Shown here: positions 40,212 to 50,000 of the stretch, piece by piece | How the letters are laid out: every line of letters starts with the position of its first letter | Numbering within the stretch: position 1 is the stretch's first letter | Virus record (IMG/VR): IMGVR_UViG_3300028045_000001 | Location: 175,961-239,960 of that record | DNA: 64,000 bases | Reading direction: 5' to 3' (one strand) | Position numbers and translations under genes: made by a program | Notes under the pieces: model-generated | Seen by the model: the letters and a program-made list of their open reading frames with translations, nothing else | The model's database searches: none | Told to the model about the DNA's origin: nothing

Positions 40212-42950
40212 ATGAGTGGCAACACTACTGTAGATGTACCAGTCACGGACGATGACATGGCTGAAAAAGCATGGTTAGAGAACAGAATGGAGGATGAATT
40301 CAACGAAATGAATTCCAATACTTCTGAACTTGAAGCATTTAAAAATGAAGGCAACATTGTAAAGCAGAATATATTCAACAACCAAGTGCTGATCGATAAA
40401 GAAAATGCAGAATTAGAATTGAATCTATCGAAGCAGGCACAGAACTTAACTGACCATGCAATTCGATTGGAAAATATCCAAGACGAATTGGCAGAGCTAA
40501 AGTCTGGAGTTAACTATACCTTAACTTTTACTATGGGTGGGAACTTAAATCAATTTTTTCCAATGGCATGGGCCATAACTTATGACGCTATAGTTAGAGT
40601 CATTCTATCAAGAGGATCTGATCAAAATACTGAATTGTTTACTGGCGACGCTATCCCTCCGGGAGTATACTTTGATTTGATTCAAAAGTTTGACAATGCT
40701 GCAACAAACAAAGTCGGTTTTTTTAGAGTCAATACAGATCGGTATACGGGGCAAGCATGTGTGAAAATACCAAGTGATAAGTTACTTTCCACACTAACTG
40801 AAAATGGCAACCTTAGTACCTATGATTATCAGAATACCGGATACAGTGGATTTTGGTTACGTGGGGCACTCACCTACACTGTTGCCACCAATGATCCAGA
40901 CGTCATGCTCGATTTACAAAACTGTATTGATAAGAGCAACGAGAGTGATCCAATTTATAACTGGGATGATAACAAGCCACAGGCGCTGCCACCTACTAAT
41001 TTTCAAGTACCTGATACAAGCACATCTGGTACCATCCTATTGTCCTGGCTCGCATCCGATTCCCCGTTAGCTTCATACATTGTGGAGGAATCAAAGCTCC
41101 CAGATTTTCACACGTCAGAGATAGTATATACTGGGGATGATGCTTCCATAGAGTTAGAGTATATGGAGCCCGGTACATACCACTACCGGGTCAGAGCAAC
41201 CAAATCACAATATGGCGACAGCCCCTGGGTTGGATCCACAGAATGTGTTGTTACGAGGACTACGGAGATCCCGGATACAATCTATGTGCCAAGTACTAAT
41301 GATGATGGGGACTTAGTTGTGTCCTGGACTACTTCCGAAACCCCACATGCGTCATACACATTAGAAGAAGATACCGATCCATTGTTTAGTGATCCTACCC
41401 AATTATATATTGGTTCTGATACGACCCACTCTATAGTCAACCAATTAGAAGGAGTGTATCACTATAGGGTCAAATCAATTCGCTCTGGGTATGCGGATAG
41501 TGATTGGGTAGAAGCAACAAATTCACTTTCCGTAACTAAGAATATGAGTCCAATTGATGGTATGGATATACCGACAACCTCCTCTGGAATATACATTGTG
41601 ACATGGAGCGCCCTATCTAATCCGACTTCCGATATAATCTACACCATAGAAGAGGCGACGAATGTAGGGTTCACTGAGAACCTCATATCGCGGATCACTG
41701 CGGATACATTTGCGAACTTCGACCACGATGAATTAGAACTCGGGGCGTTCTATTACCGAGTAAAGGCATCTAAAGTTGGATGGAATGATACCGGTTGGAC
41801 AGAAGGATCAAATGCCTGCATCATATCAAAAACTGTGGAGCCACTGAGTGATCTTGTGATCCCAACTTATAATGAGACCGGTGAATTTACAATAAGTTGG
41901 GCACCCTCCCCAACTGAGAATATAATATACGAAATACAGGAAGCAATCGATATAGACTTTAGCAATGCCCAGTCTATCGCACTTCAAACTGGACTGTCAG
42001 TTGAACTCACTGGCAAAGTTGAGGGAGAGTATTACTATAGGGTTAGAGGAATAAGAACTAACTTTACGTCGAGCGCGTGGACACTCGGGGAGAATCCGTG
42101 CTTTGTACGAAGAGTCGTACCTACTCCATATTTCACCGAATATCCAGAGACAAGTGAATCTGGCAATTATTCCATCTCTTGGGATGACATGTTGCCAGGA
42201 TGTACATACACTTTACAGGAATCTACTTCTGGGGAGCTGTCTGACTTTAACACAATATTTATTGGCACCGCCCGTACCTATCACATAGAGGCTCAAGATC
42301 CTGGAGAATACTACTACCGAATCAAGGCCTCGAGAGATCCGCTCAATGATAGTGATTGGCAAGCATATCAAGCTGCAGTGAATGTGTCAAGAGTTACTCT
42401 CAAGGCATCCAATGTCATTGTGCCAGTCAATAATGGAACTGGGGACTACGGCATAACGTGGGATGCCTCAGAAACAGCTGGTGTTACCTATGAACTACAA
42501 GAATCCACTTCCGTTGATTTTTCGACTGTAGCAGTGATATACGTGGGTAGCAATACTACAACTTCCATATCGGATAAAGCGCCTGGCACGTACTATTATC
42601 GAGTCAGAACACTTAAGAGTGGATGGGTATCTTCATATTCTGAAAGTGTGGATGGCTGTCAAGTTATACGAACCACTGATCCAGCGGGAGAGATCTCCAT
42701 TACAGCTACTGGCACTAAAATTGATATAGACTGGCCTAACTCTGAAACATCAGATGTAACCTATGGGGTCAACGTGGTGTGGTCCGGGGAAACAACTGGG
42801 CACTATTATAGCGTAAGTAGTTTGACATCGTCCATCCTAAGCATCGACGCATCCAATTGGGAAGCAGGCCAATATACATTTAATGTTACTGTCGATAAGC
42901 CGGGCTGGTTTAGTTCGAACACGTACAGTGCACCTTATACATGGTCGTAA
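40212..42950 (+). CDS. Fibre/adhesin: coiled coil, FYP domain, 6-7 FN3 repeats
   Basis: MGGNLNQFFPMAW...FWLRGALTY, followed by FN3 units with YYYRV. Confidence 0.8.
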   Translation: MSGNTTVDVPVTDDDMAEKAWLENRMEDEFNEMNSNTSELEAFKNEGNIVKQNIFNNQVLIDKENAELELNLSKQAQNLTDHAIRLENIQDELAELKSGVNYTLTFTMGGNLNQFFPMAWAITYDAIVRVILSRGSDQNTELFTGDAIPPGVYFDLIQKFDNAATNKVGFFRVNTDRYTGQACVKIPSDKLLSTLTENGNLSTYDYQNTGYSGFWLRGALTYTVATNDPDVMLDLQNCIDKSNESDPIYNWDDNKPQALPPTNFQVPDTSTSGTILLSWLASDSPLASYIVEESKLPDFHTSEIVYTGDDASIELEYMEPGTYHYRVRATKSQYGDSPWVGSTECVVTRTTEIPDTIYVPSTNDDGDLVVSWTTSETPHASYTLEEDTDPLFSDPTQLYIGSDTTHSIVNQLEGVYHYRVKSIRSGYADSDWVEATNSLSVTKNMSPIDGMDIPTTSSGIYIVTWSALSNPTSDIIYTIEEATNVGFTENLISRITADTFANFDHDELELGAFYYRVKASKVGWNDTGWTEGSNACIISKTVEPLSDLVIPTYNETGEFTISWAPSPTENIIYEIQEAIDIDFSNAQSIALQTGLSVELTGKVEGEYYYRVRGIRTNFTSSAWTLGENPCFVRRVVPTPYFTEYPETSESGNYSISWDDMLPGCTYTLQESTSGELSDFNTIFIGTARTYHIEAQDPGEYYYRIKASRDPLNDSDWQAYQAAVNVSRVTLKASNVIVPVNNGTGDYGITWDASETAGVTYELQESTSVDFSTVAVIYVGSNTTTSISDKAPGTYYYRVRTLKSGWVSSYSESVDGCQVIRTTDPAGEISITATGTKIDIDWPNSETSDVTYGVNVVWSGETTGHYYSVSSLTSSILSIDASNWEAGQYTFNVTVDKPGWFSSNTYSAPYTWS

Positions 42951-42962
42951 TAAAAAGCAAGC

Positions 42963-42996
42963 CATATGTCCCTTCTCATATGAGAAGGGACATATG
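42963..42996. repeat. Perfect 34-bp palindrome, no spacer
   Basis: catatgtcccttctcat|atgagaagggacatatg. Confidence 0.9.
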
Positions 42997-42997
42997 A

Positions 42998-43010
42998 ATA
43001 TTATATAACT
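42998..43010 (+). promoter_or_regulatory. Candidate late promoter motif
   Basis: ATATTATATAACT immediately after the palindrome. Confidence 0.45.
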
Positions 43011-43049
43011 AAAAAAAGACAAATCCTTAAAATAAGAGAAGGTGAGAGT

Positions 43050-43871
43050 ATGGCTAATGGCGATGTAACTGATGCGCAGATGGATATGAAGGACGAACTC
43101 GAGGATACAAAACTCGGGCAGGATATTTCGATAGAGTATACTGTCCAGAGAGTCGATAGTCTTAACGCGGACGTCCCAACTAAAATCGAAGGTGTGTCCG
43201 ACATAGTCAATTCTACAAATGCAAGCATTATAAATTTGGAAGCGACCTTTAATAACTATACCACTAATTATTTAAATCGCATCAATAGATTACCTATAAT
43301 CCAGACCGCGTACGATAATTACGAACACAGACTATGGCGATTAACTTTCCTACTGCACGGGACTATTTCTAACTTCTATCCTATTCGCCTCAAGCTCAAT
43401 GGTGATGTGCTAAAAAAATTCTCTATATATAGGAATAAAAATCAGGAGACAGCAGCATTCGTGGCATTGGGTATACCAAGTGGCGGAGTCCGACTAAACG
43501 CACATACTATTGGAAACAGTAACTCAGACGGAAATAGAGTTTTTAGGATTTTAAATTATGAGGAAGAGGGGTCTAAGTGCATCGGGGCGATAGGGTTAGA
43601 TTTATATGGATCAGTATCTGGAGAAGACCCAGGTTATGATTGTAACTCTCATGCTGGGCTATATTTACGAGGTGGGATAAGCTACACTCTTGAAACCAAT
43701 GATCGGGAACTGATGAATGATCTTCAGGATTTTTTGGAGTACGCCGGATCTACTGATCCATGGATAATTGGGGACTTTATAGCAACAGCACTAACCCTTG
43801 AAGAAATTTCTTTACTGGATAATGACCCGAGATTAAATCTTAACTACCTTGAGGGCAGGGGTGGGATATAA
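43050..43871 (+). CDS. Fibre/appendage family protein (coiled coil + FYP/LRGG domain)
   Basis: LHGTISNFYPIRL...GLYLRGGISY. Confidence 0.6.
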   Translation: MANGDVTDAQMDMKDELEDTKLGQDISIEYTVQRVDSLNADVPTKIEGVSDIVNSTNASIINLEATFNNYTTNYLNRINRLPIIQTAYDNYEHRLWRLTFLLHGTISNFYPIRLKLNGDVLKKFSIYRNKNQETAAFVALGIPSGGVRLNAHTIGNSNSDGNRVFRILNYEEEGSKCIGAIGLDLYGSVSGEDPGYDCNSHAGLYLRGGISYTLETNDRELMNDLQDFLEYAGSTDPWIIGDFIATALTLEEISLLDNDPRLNLNYLEGRGGI

Positions 43872-43909
43872 GCCTTATATCCTTATTTGAACAACGAAGG
43901 AATAAAATC

Positions 43910-44692
43910 ATGACAGAGTTCGCAACTGATGTACAAATGACTTTAAAGCAGTCTACGGATGCGCAACGTGAAGAACAACATCCAACAATAATTGCAAACC
44001 GTGAGGTCATTAACGAGATAGACACGGTCTCCTTTATAATAGGAAAAGTAAATGTTGTCAACCTTGTTGATGACCGAGTCACCGTAACCGAAGAAACCCT
44101 ACAAGCATTGATTGATAACTATGCTGTAGATTATTCTGATTATCGATCAAAATTAAATTCATTCAAGACTTCTGATATGGGATTGATAGAATATAAGTTC
44201 ACTATGTTCGGAGACATAAATAATTTTTATCCACTCCCATTTAAATTTAACAGCGACATAGTTAAACGGTTTTCTATATACAGAGGGATTCATGATGACT
44301 CATCTACATTCACCGCAAATGGGAAACAGCCCAGTGGAGGACTGATCCAACTAACTGGCTCTAATGCCATATTTAGAATAAATGCCTACTCTAACGTTGG
44401 AGACATATGCATGCAGCTCCTTAATCAGCGACTGTACTCCTCATACAATGGGGACCCTGAGACATTTAGTTGTAGCGAGACTAATGGGGTGTACCTTAGG
44501 GGAGGAATAAGTTACACAATAGTTGCCGATTCATTTAGCATGATCTCAGACATAACTGCCCACATATCCATGGGACTCCAACCGAATTGGGCATGGGGAC
44601 TACATGTGGCAGAATCTATACCTGACACCAACATAGAAAGTATAGAACAATCTAATGTATATGAGAATGACAATCATCTGGAAGGCAGGTAA
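43910..44692 (+). CDS. Fibre/appendage family protein (coiled coil + FYP/LRGG domain)
   Basis: MFGDINNFYPLPF...GVYLRGGISY. Confidence 0.6.
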   Translation: MTEFATDVQMTLKQSTDAQREEQHPTIIANREVINEIDTVSFIIGKVNVVNLVDDRVTVTEETLQALIDNYAVDYSDYRSKLNSFKTSDMGLIEYKFTMFGDINNFYPLPFKFNSDIVKRFSIYRGIHDDSSTFTANGKQPSGGLIQLTGSNAIFRINAYSNVGDICMQLLNQRLYSSYNGDPETFSCSETNGVYLRGGISYTIVADSFSMISDITAHISMGLQPNWAWGLHVAESIPDTNIESIEQSNVYENDNHLEGR

Positions 44693-44710
44693 TACCTCCA
44701 CATAATATAC

Positions 44711-44752
44711 TTCTATGGCCCACTCCTTTTATAAAAGGAGTGGGCCATAGAA
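44711..44752. repeat. Perfect 42-bp palindrome, no spacer
   Basis: ttctatggcccactcctttta|taaaaggagtgggccatagaa. Confidence 0.9.
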
Positions 44753-44761
44753 TACTATAGG

Positions 44762-44774
44762 CTATTATATAACT
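44762..44774 (+). promoter_or_regulatory. Candidate late promoter motif
   Basis: CTATTATATAACT. Confidence 0.45.
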
Positions 44775-44804
44775 AAACAAACTTTTCATTACAGGTGATA
44801 AACT

Positions 44805-46664
44805 ATGTCTGATAAAAATGTACTGATAGAAGATAAAATAATAAAGGGTATATCGGACGAATGTCCAGAAACGGATGGGTCAGAAAATATACTGGTATCT
44901 ACAAAAGGACTGTACGATCTAAGGCAAGAACTGTTGGCCCAAATTATAGCGGCCGATGGTAACATAATTGAAGTGGTTAACAACGAACTAATAGTTGCCT
45001 TGACTAAACAACTAGGAATCATAAACTCTAATTCCCAGCTAATAGCTGAGATAGATACCATCATTGACACAGGCTTCGATGACATAGAGAACTCGGTTTC
45101 AGTCATAGAAGGAGAGGTGACTACAGTAAATGAGAATATGATTGAGTTAGAAGAGAAAAGTGCACAGTCCACTACTAATTTAAATAATCTAAATTCGGCC
45201 CTGGCCCGTATGGAAGTTCGCGATTTTGTCAGCATAACAATAGATGGCGATGATGACAAATTTTATCCGGTATACTGGAAATTTGACAATCACGAACCCT
45301 GCACTATAGTCATCAAAAGGGACGGTGCTGGGGAAAGTAACAGGGGAGTATATATAGAACTGGTCGGTATTGGAGGTAACGTCAAAGAAGAGTATGCCAG
45401 ATCATTATTCATAAAAGAGTTCACCGATAAGGGCGGGATCAGTGCAAAATTATTAAGTTTAAATATGTACTCATTTGAGGGCACCGGCAATCAGGGAAAC
45501 TCTGATTTTATAGCACATTGTGCAAGTGGACTGTATCTTAGGGGTGCGGCAACATATCAATTATATTGTGAGCTACAGTCAATACGAGTCGCTATACAAA
45601 GCCAAGTTATGGATGGGGTAGCTAGTGTAAAATCTGTAAGTGAGAACAGTCGAACGTACATGATGATCCCCATATCTGAATCTGACATGGTGGCGCTACC
45701 ATCTGATCCAGCACTGCGATTTGAAAATTCCATAAACAAATACATCATGCCTGGCGACATAGCGGTTCACCATGGTGGACAATATACATTTAACTCTGAT
45801 TTAACTCAAACAAATAGTATCCACCAATCATCTGTGTCTACTGGCGCTGCTGCTGTCATCACAGGAACCTTGCCGATTGCTTTATGGGGCATGGTGGCAA
45901 CATCAAATAGTTCCGGAGACATTGCACTCTCCGCAAGCGGTGAATCGGACATAACTTCCTTCGCATTTAAATATAAGTCCATTATATCTACTGGTGGAGA
46001 TGCCATACCTCTGATTTCTTTGGCTAACCCACAAAAAAACATGGCATCAACTTCCAATGGGTATAAGGACATGGCCTGCTTCATTGGAGGTGGGTCCGAT
46101 GGAAACTATTCAAGTTCCATTGAAAAAAATATAATTTCAACGGATGTCGTTGTGACAACTACGCCACAGATGGCAGTAGCAACTGGGAATAGTGGCGCAA
46201 CCTCTAACTTGATCTACGATACTGGAATATTGGTAGGTGGACAAGTTGACAACGGTAACAGTATGGCAGTGTTGACCGACGCCATACATCAATTTGTTGT
46301 ATCCAATGATGTAGATTCCATTGTAACAGGCGCACTAAATATATCCTGCGACGGTGGGCGGCTTGTTTCAAATGGCATCGCTGATACTTGTCTGGATGTA
46401 GAGGGATCCCCCGTTGTAGAGTATGCTAGAACTATCATCATATCTACCGCAGCTAACTCCGTACTCTCCGGGAGCATAAATACATACGGTTATAAATCAG
46501 CATCCCAAGCATCGAATTCAGTTGGGGATAGGGCAGTCTACGCTGGTGGGGACGCATACACTGACACCATAAGACAGTATGTTATTTCCACCCCATCGTG
46601 CGCACTTGCACCAGGGGCACTAACAGAATCATTACGAGCTGCTGCCGGTACATCCAATGGATAG
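44805..46664 (+). CDS. Fibre/appendage family protein (N-terminal module, coiled coil, FYP domain, Kelch-like repeats)
   Basis: IDGDDDKFYPVYW...GLYLRGAATY, then six to seven IST.../SNG..D....GG units. Confidence 0.68.
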   Translation: MSDKNVLIEDKIIKGISDECPETDGSENILVSTKGLYDLRQELLAQIIAADGNIIEVVNNELIVALTKQLGIINSNSQLIAEIDTIIDTGFDDIENSVSVIEGEVTTVNENMIELEEKSAQSTTNLNNLNSALARMEVRDFVSITIDGDDDKFYPVYWKFDNHEPCTIVIKRDGAGESNRGVYIELVGIGGNVKEEYARSLFIKEFTDKGGISAKLLSLNMYSFEGTGNQGNSDFIAHCASGLYLRGAATYQLYCELQSIRVAIQSQVMDGVASVKSVSENSRTYMMIPISESDMVALPSDPALRFENSINKYIMPGDIAVHHGGQYTFNSDLTQTNSIHQSSVSTGAAAVITGTLPIALWGMVATSNSSGDIALSASGESDITSFAFKYKSIISTGGDAIPLISLANPQKNMASTSNGYKDMACFIGGGSDGNYSSSIEKNIISTDVVVTTTPQMAVATGNSGATSNLIYDTGILVGGQVDNGNSMAVLTDAIHQFVVSNDVDSIVTGALNISCDGGRLVSNGIADTCLDVEGSPVVEYARTIIISTAANSVLSGSINTYGYKSASQASNSVGDRAVYAGGDAYTDTIRQYVISTPSCALAPGALTESLRAAAGTSNG

Positions 46665-46693
46665 TGACAATATATAAATATATAAATGCATAG

Positions 46694-47455
46694 ATGTATA
46701 GCGAGGTAACTATGACGACACCAATGAAATTTAAAACGACATTGAAACAAGCTTTAATTTCATCTAAAGAGCTACATAGGAATAGCAAGAGATTATATAA
46801 AAAACATAGCTCGCTTCAAGGTAATCAGCGGGCCACATCTATTCAGTTGCGAACACAGAATGAACTGCACAAAAACTCTATCGATTTAATCAAGGCGAAG
46901 CTATCTTACGCTAAGTCAATGATCGATCGTATCGACTCAGATAAACTAAAGAATGCGGATGCCCTATCTTTTATAAGACCAAAGGAAGTTACTTTCATGG
47001 TGAGTGGAGATGAGAACACATTCTATCCAATCATGTGGGACTTTCCAAACGACACCGACTCCGTCATTATAATAGCACGTGATGCGAGTAATGTACACTG
47101 TAGTACTGCGCCTTCGCGTGTACCAAGATTGTTTTTCAGGATGGTGTCAGGATCGATTCCAATAGATGGAGTCCGTTACTGTGCGGATGTGGATATGTTT
47201 GTACAGGATGGGGATGAGGTATTATTACACCCCTCCAATCAAATGCTATCGTCACTAAATGATCCGAAAGCTGAGAAGCACCACCATTGTCCAACTAAGT
47301 GTGGGTGCTTTCTTAAGGGTGGCACAGAATACAGATTGCTTTATAGCACAAAGTCGGTAAAGGATCAAATATTGCACTGGGCCGAAAACACTGTCGATGA
47401 GACAATGCTCACTTCAGGCGACGATAAGTATTTTGTACATTCTATAGTTAGCTAA
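46694..47455 (+). CDS. Fibre/appendage family protein (coiled coil + FYP domain)
   Basis: VSGDENTFYPIMW...GCFLKGGTEY. Confidence 0.6.
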   Translation: MYSEVTMTTPMKFKTTLKQALISSKELHRNSKRLYKKHSSLQGNQRATSIQLRTQNELHKNSIDLIKAKLSYAKSMIDRIDSDKLKNADALSFIRPKEVTFMVSGDENTFYPIMWDFPNDTDSVIIIARDASNVHCSTAPSRVPRLFFRMVSGSIPIDGVRYCADVDMFVQDGDEVLLHPSNQMLSSLNDPKAEKHHHCPTKCGCFLKGGTEYRLLYSTKSVKDQILHWAENTVDETMLTSGDDKYFVHSIVS

Positions 47456-47485
47456 TATAAATCAACACATGAGGAAACTACTGTA

Positions 47486-47659
47486 ATGAGCAATAAGCAA
47501 ATCCAAGTAGGTAAAACTATAGTCGTTGGTCTGATGGGAGAGTACGACGAAACCAATGTCCACAGTGGCACTGTTATAACCCAAGCGGATCTTACGGAGT
47601 TGGCCACAAAAATGAAGAACGCTATCCAAGATGCGATAGAATCAGACTCGGGGGATTAA
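47486..47659 (+). CDS. 57-aa orphan N-terminal fibre module
   Basis: ATG 47486 to TAA 47659 (MSNKQIQVGKTIVVGLMGEYDETNVHSGTVITQADLTELATKM...), resembling the N-termini of the 34979, 44805 and 47664 proteins. Confidence 0.6.
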   Translation: MSNKQIQVGKTIVVGLMGEYDETNVHSGTVITQADLTELATKMKNAIQDAIESDSGD

Positions 47660-47663
47660 GGAT

Positions 47664-48572
47664 ATGGCTGACATCAAGGTACTGATTGATGGTGTTAAAA
47701 TAACTAAAGTTGTAAATGAGTACAATCCAAATTTAGCTCCATCTGAGAAAACCGTAGTGTCGCAAAGCATAATACCACAAATGTACGACATGGTTCGAGA
47801 TGGATTGGCGATAGGAGAGGATGATGCTTCTGTGCAAGAATTACTGTCTGCATCTAATGCGGAATTAGATGCGGCAGAAGTGACCATGAAATTCACTGGG
47901 GATAATATCGACCTACATAATGACTATGCCGATATCATCACTACGGTAGAGGAGATGGAAATAGTAAATGCTCAGGCTCTCGCCGCCGTTACAGCTGCGG
48001 AAGCCGCCGCCACTGCAGCCCAAGCAGAGTTATATGCTGTACCAAAAGTTCATGAAAGAACCTATCGCTTGGGAGGCAGTGACAAGTGTTTCTATCCAAT
48101 CTGGTTTGTTTCCCATCCAACTGAGTTACATACATTAATAGTATCTAATGCGGAGTTGCTGTGTGAAATAGATATCATAGGTGGAGGCGATGAAAATTTA
48201 AATGTTAGAGCTATGCATATAACTTCTATCACACAGGACCCAGAAAACAAATTACTATTGTTGCCAGGAGTGAGCATGTATAGTCGTAAGGGCAATTCCG
48301 CGTATGGGTATTCGTGTTCGAACAGGCACGGCATCTATCTTAGAGGAGGGAGATCCTACACGGTTCAGTCATACTACAAAACAATGATAGATGAGCTGGC
48401 TGCTCCATTTGTAATTGGAACTGTCGATAGTTCGGTGGAGCAGGATACATCAGCTATCGAAGAAACCTTCCATTTGGTGTTTGATTCCATCAGGTATACA
48501 ATGAAAAAACTCACTGAAACCGAGGTTGACGCGATACCTATCGATCTGAGGGTTTCTGGGGCAACGGTATAA
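47664..48572 (+). CDS. Fibre/appendage family protein (N-terminal module, Ala-rich coil, FYP domain)
   Basis: LGGSDKCFYPIWF...GIYLRGGRSY. Confidence 0.6.
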   Translation: MADIKVLIDGVKITKVVNEYNPNLAPSEKTVVSQSIIPQMYDMVRDGLAIGEDDASVQELLSASNAELDAAEVTMKFTGDNIDLHNDYADIITTVEEMEIVNAQALAAVTAAEAAATAAQAELYAVPKVHERTYRLGGSDKCFYPIWFVSHPTELHTLIVSNAELLCEIDIIGGGDENLNVRAMHITSITQDPENKLLLLPGVSMYSRKGNSAYGYSCSNRHGIYLRGGRSYTVQSYYKTMIDELAAPFVIGTVDSSVEQDTSAIEETFHLVFDSIRYTMKKLTETEVDAIPIDLRVSGATV

Positions 48573-48589
48573 AAGGGATAGAAAATATC

Positions 48590-49348
48590 ATGATTGAAGA
48601 AATGGATAAGTCAACAAATGCGGATAGGTTGATTCTACGCGATCGTGTGGTTGATATGAGACGAACACTAAAAGAAAAACACACCGCATATATCAGCTTG
48701 AAAAATAATCAACAGAAGGTTAGAAACTTAGCCACTCATAAATTGAGTCAAATTAGCAATGCTATATCTGACTCCAATAAGCACATAGATGCCACTTCAA
48801 CTGCTTTGGCTACTGCTACTCAGATACAATCGGGGTTCCATGGAGCACTGGTTAAAAATAAACATCGGGTGAGACAGCAAGTTATACTCCCCTTAACCGG
48901 GGAGCCTGATAAGTTTTATCCAATCATACTAACGGGAATCGACGAATGTAAAATTAGGTTTTCTATAGCTACCGGCCACAGTCAAGATGATTACCTTATT
49001 GAAAAAATCTCTATCCTCGGCTCAAATAGCGGTAGCTCTATATGTGAGTTGAAAGAGGAGTTTCTTAGTGCTAAAGGGAAGAGATATATTTGCCTCTTGA
49101 ATACTAAAATGTGGTGTGAGTTGAATGGACACCCTGCATCCTTTAGTTGTCTACATCATCAAGGATTTTATTTAAGAGGAGGTACAACTTATACAGTTTG
49201 TTCAGATCATCAAGATATACTAACTAAATTAATAATTAACTTTAGTCGACCTATGTCTGATACATACACACTCACTAATAAATCCGATACTATGATCTTT
49301 AGATCAATACGTGATACAGAACTTATTCAAACATTAGATCGAATGTAA
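48590..49348 (+). CDS. Fibre/appendage family protein (coiled coil + FYP domain)
   Basis: LTGEPDKFYPIIL...GFYLRGGTTY. Confidence 0.6.
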   Translation: MIEEMDKSTNADRLILRDRVVDMRRTLKEKHTAYISLKNNQQKVRNLATHKLSQISNAISDSNKHIDATSTALATATQIQSGFHGALVKNKHRVRQQVILPLTGEPDKFYPIILTGIDECKIRFSIATGHSQDDYLIEKISILGSNSGSSICELKEEFLSAKGKRYICLLNTKMWCELNGHPASFSCLHHQGFYLRGGTTYTVCSDHQDILTKLIINFSRPMSDTYTLTNKSDTMIFRSIRDTELIQTLDRM

Positions 49349-49391
49349 CACCGATGCAGTAGCCGTAAAGTCACATACTCACCACATTTTT

Positions 49392-49404
49392 ATTTATATA
49401 TTAC
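49392..49404 (+). promoter_or_regulatory. Candidate early promoter ATTTATATATTAC
   Basis: Exact copy of the motif, at the switch from structural to accessory genes. Confidence 0.6.
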
Positions 49405-49472
49405 TATTATAGCTATAAGAATAAATGCATCTTTTATACACATTAAAGACTTCGAGTCAAAGGAGTGCAACT

Positions 49473-50000
49473 ATGTTAACCATGGACATTTTTCGAGAGG
49501 CAGCTATATGTTTTATAATTGGGGTACCTACAACGATATTGTTATTCGGGATAGGCTACCTCAAACTTGTAATGATTAATAAAAATGATAGGAGGGATGC
49601 GTATAAAAAATTCTTCAAGCGCTGCGAATTTGAATATATCGAAGAGTTGCTGCATTTGTATTACACAAGAAACGATGAACTATGGGGAGCGTTGCAAGAC
49701 TTGCAGCGAATACGGAGACTATTCGTGAAATACGATACTATGTTACGGAATGGCTTCCATATTGATGGGGTAAAAAGAAGACGCATACGTGTAATACAGT
49801 CATATATTCCAACATACATTAAACGAGCACGCGATGGGTTCAAGAATCACCCATGTGCGATCAGCGAAAATAAGTTAGCTAACTACTTAGCATCAATAGA
49901 GTCAGTCGTCGATAGTGTACGAATGTACCAAGACGACGTTCCAATTGACAGCGCTATATGGGAAGGGCCAGGGAGAGGATACTATGAGCCGAATACCTGA
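49473..50000 (+). CDS. Hypothetical membrane-anchored protein
   Basis: N-terminal hydrophobic segment AAICFIIGVPTTILLFGIGYL; AGGAG before ATG 49473. Confidence 0.55.
   Translation: MLTMDIFREAAICFIIGVPTTILLFGIGYLKLVMINKNDRRDAYKKFFKRCEFEYIEELLHLYYTRNDELWGALQDLQRIRRLFVKYDTMLRNGFHIDGVKRRRIRVIQSYIPTYIKRARDGFKNHPCAISENKLANYLASIESVVDSVRMYQDDVPIDSAIWEGPGRGYYEPNT

Noticed and set aside
32248-49348. Diversity-generating retroelement or invertible tail-fibre cassette
   Set aside because: No reverse transcriptase, no near-identical template/variable repeat pair, no recombinase or inverted crossover sites seen in the window.
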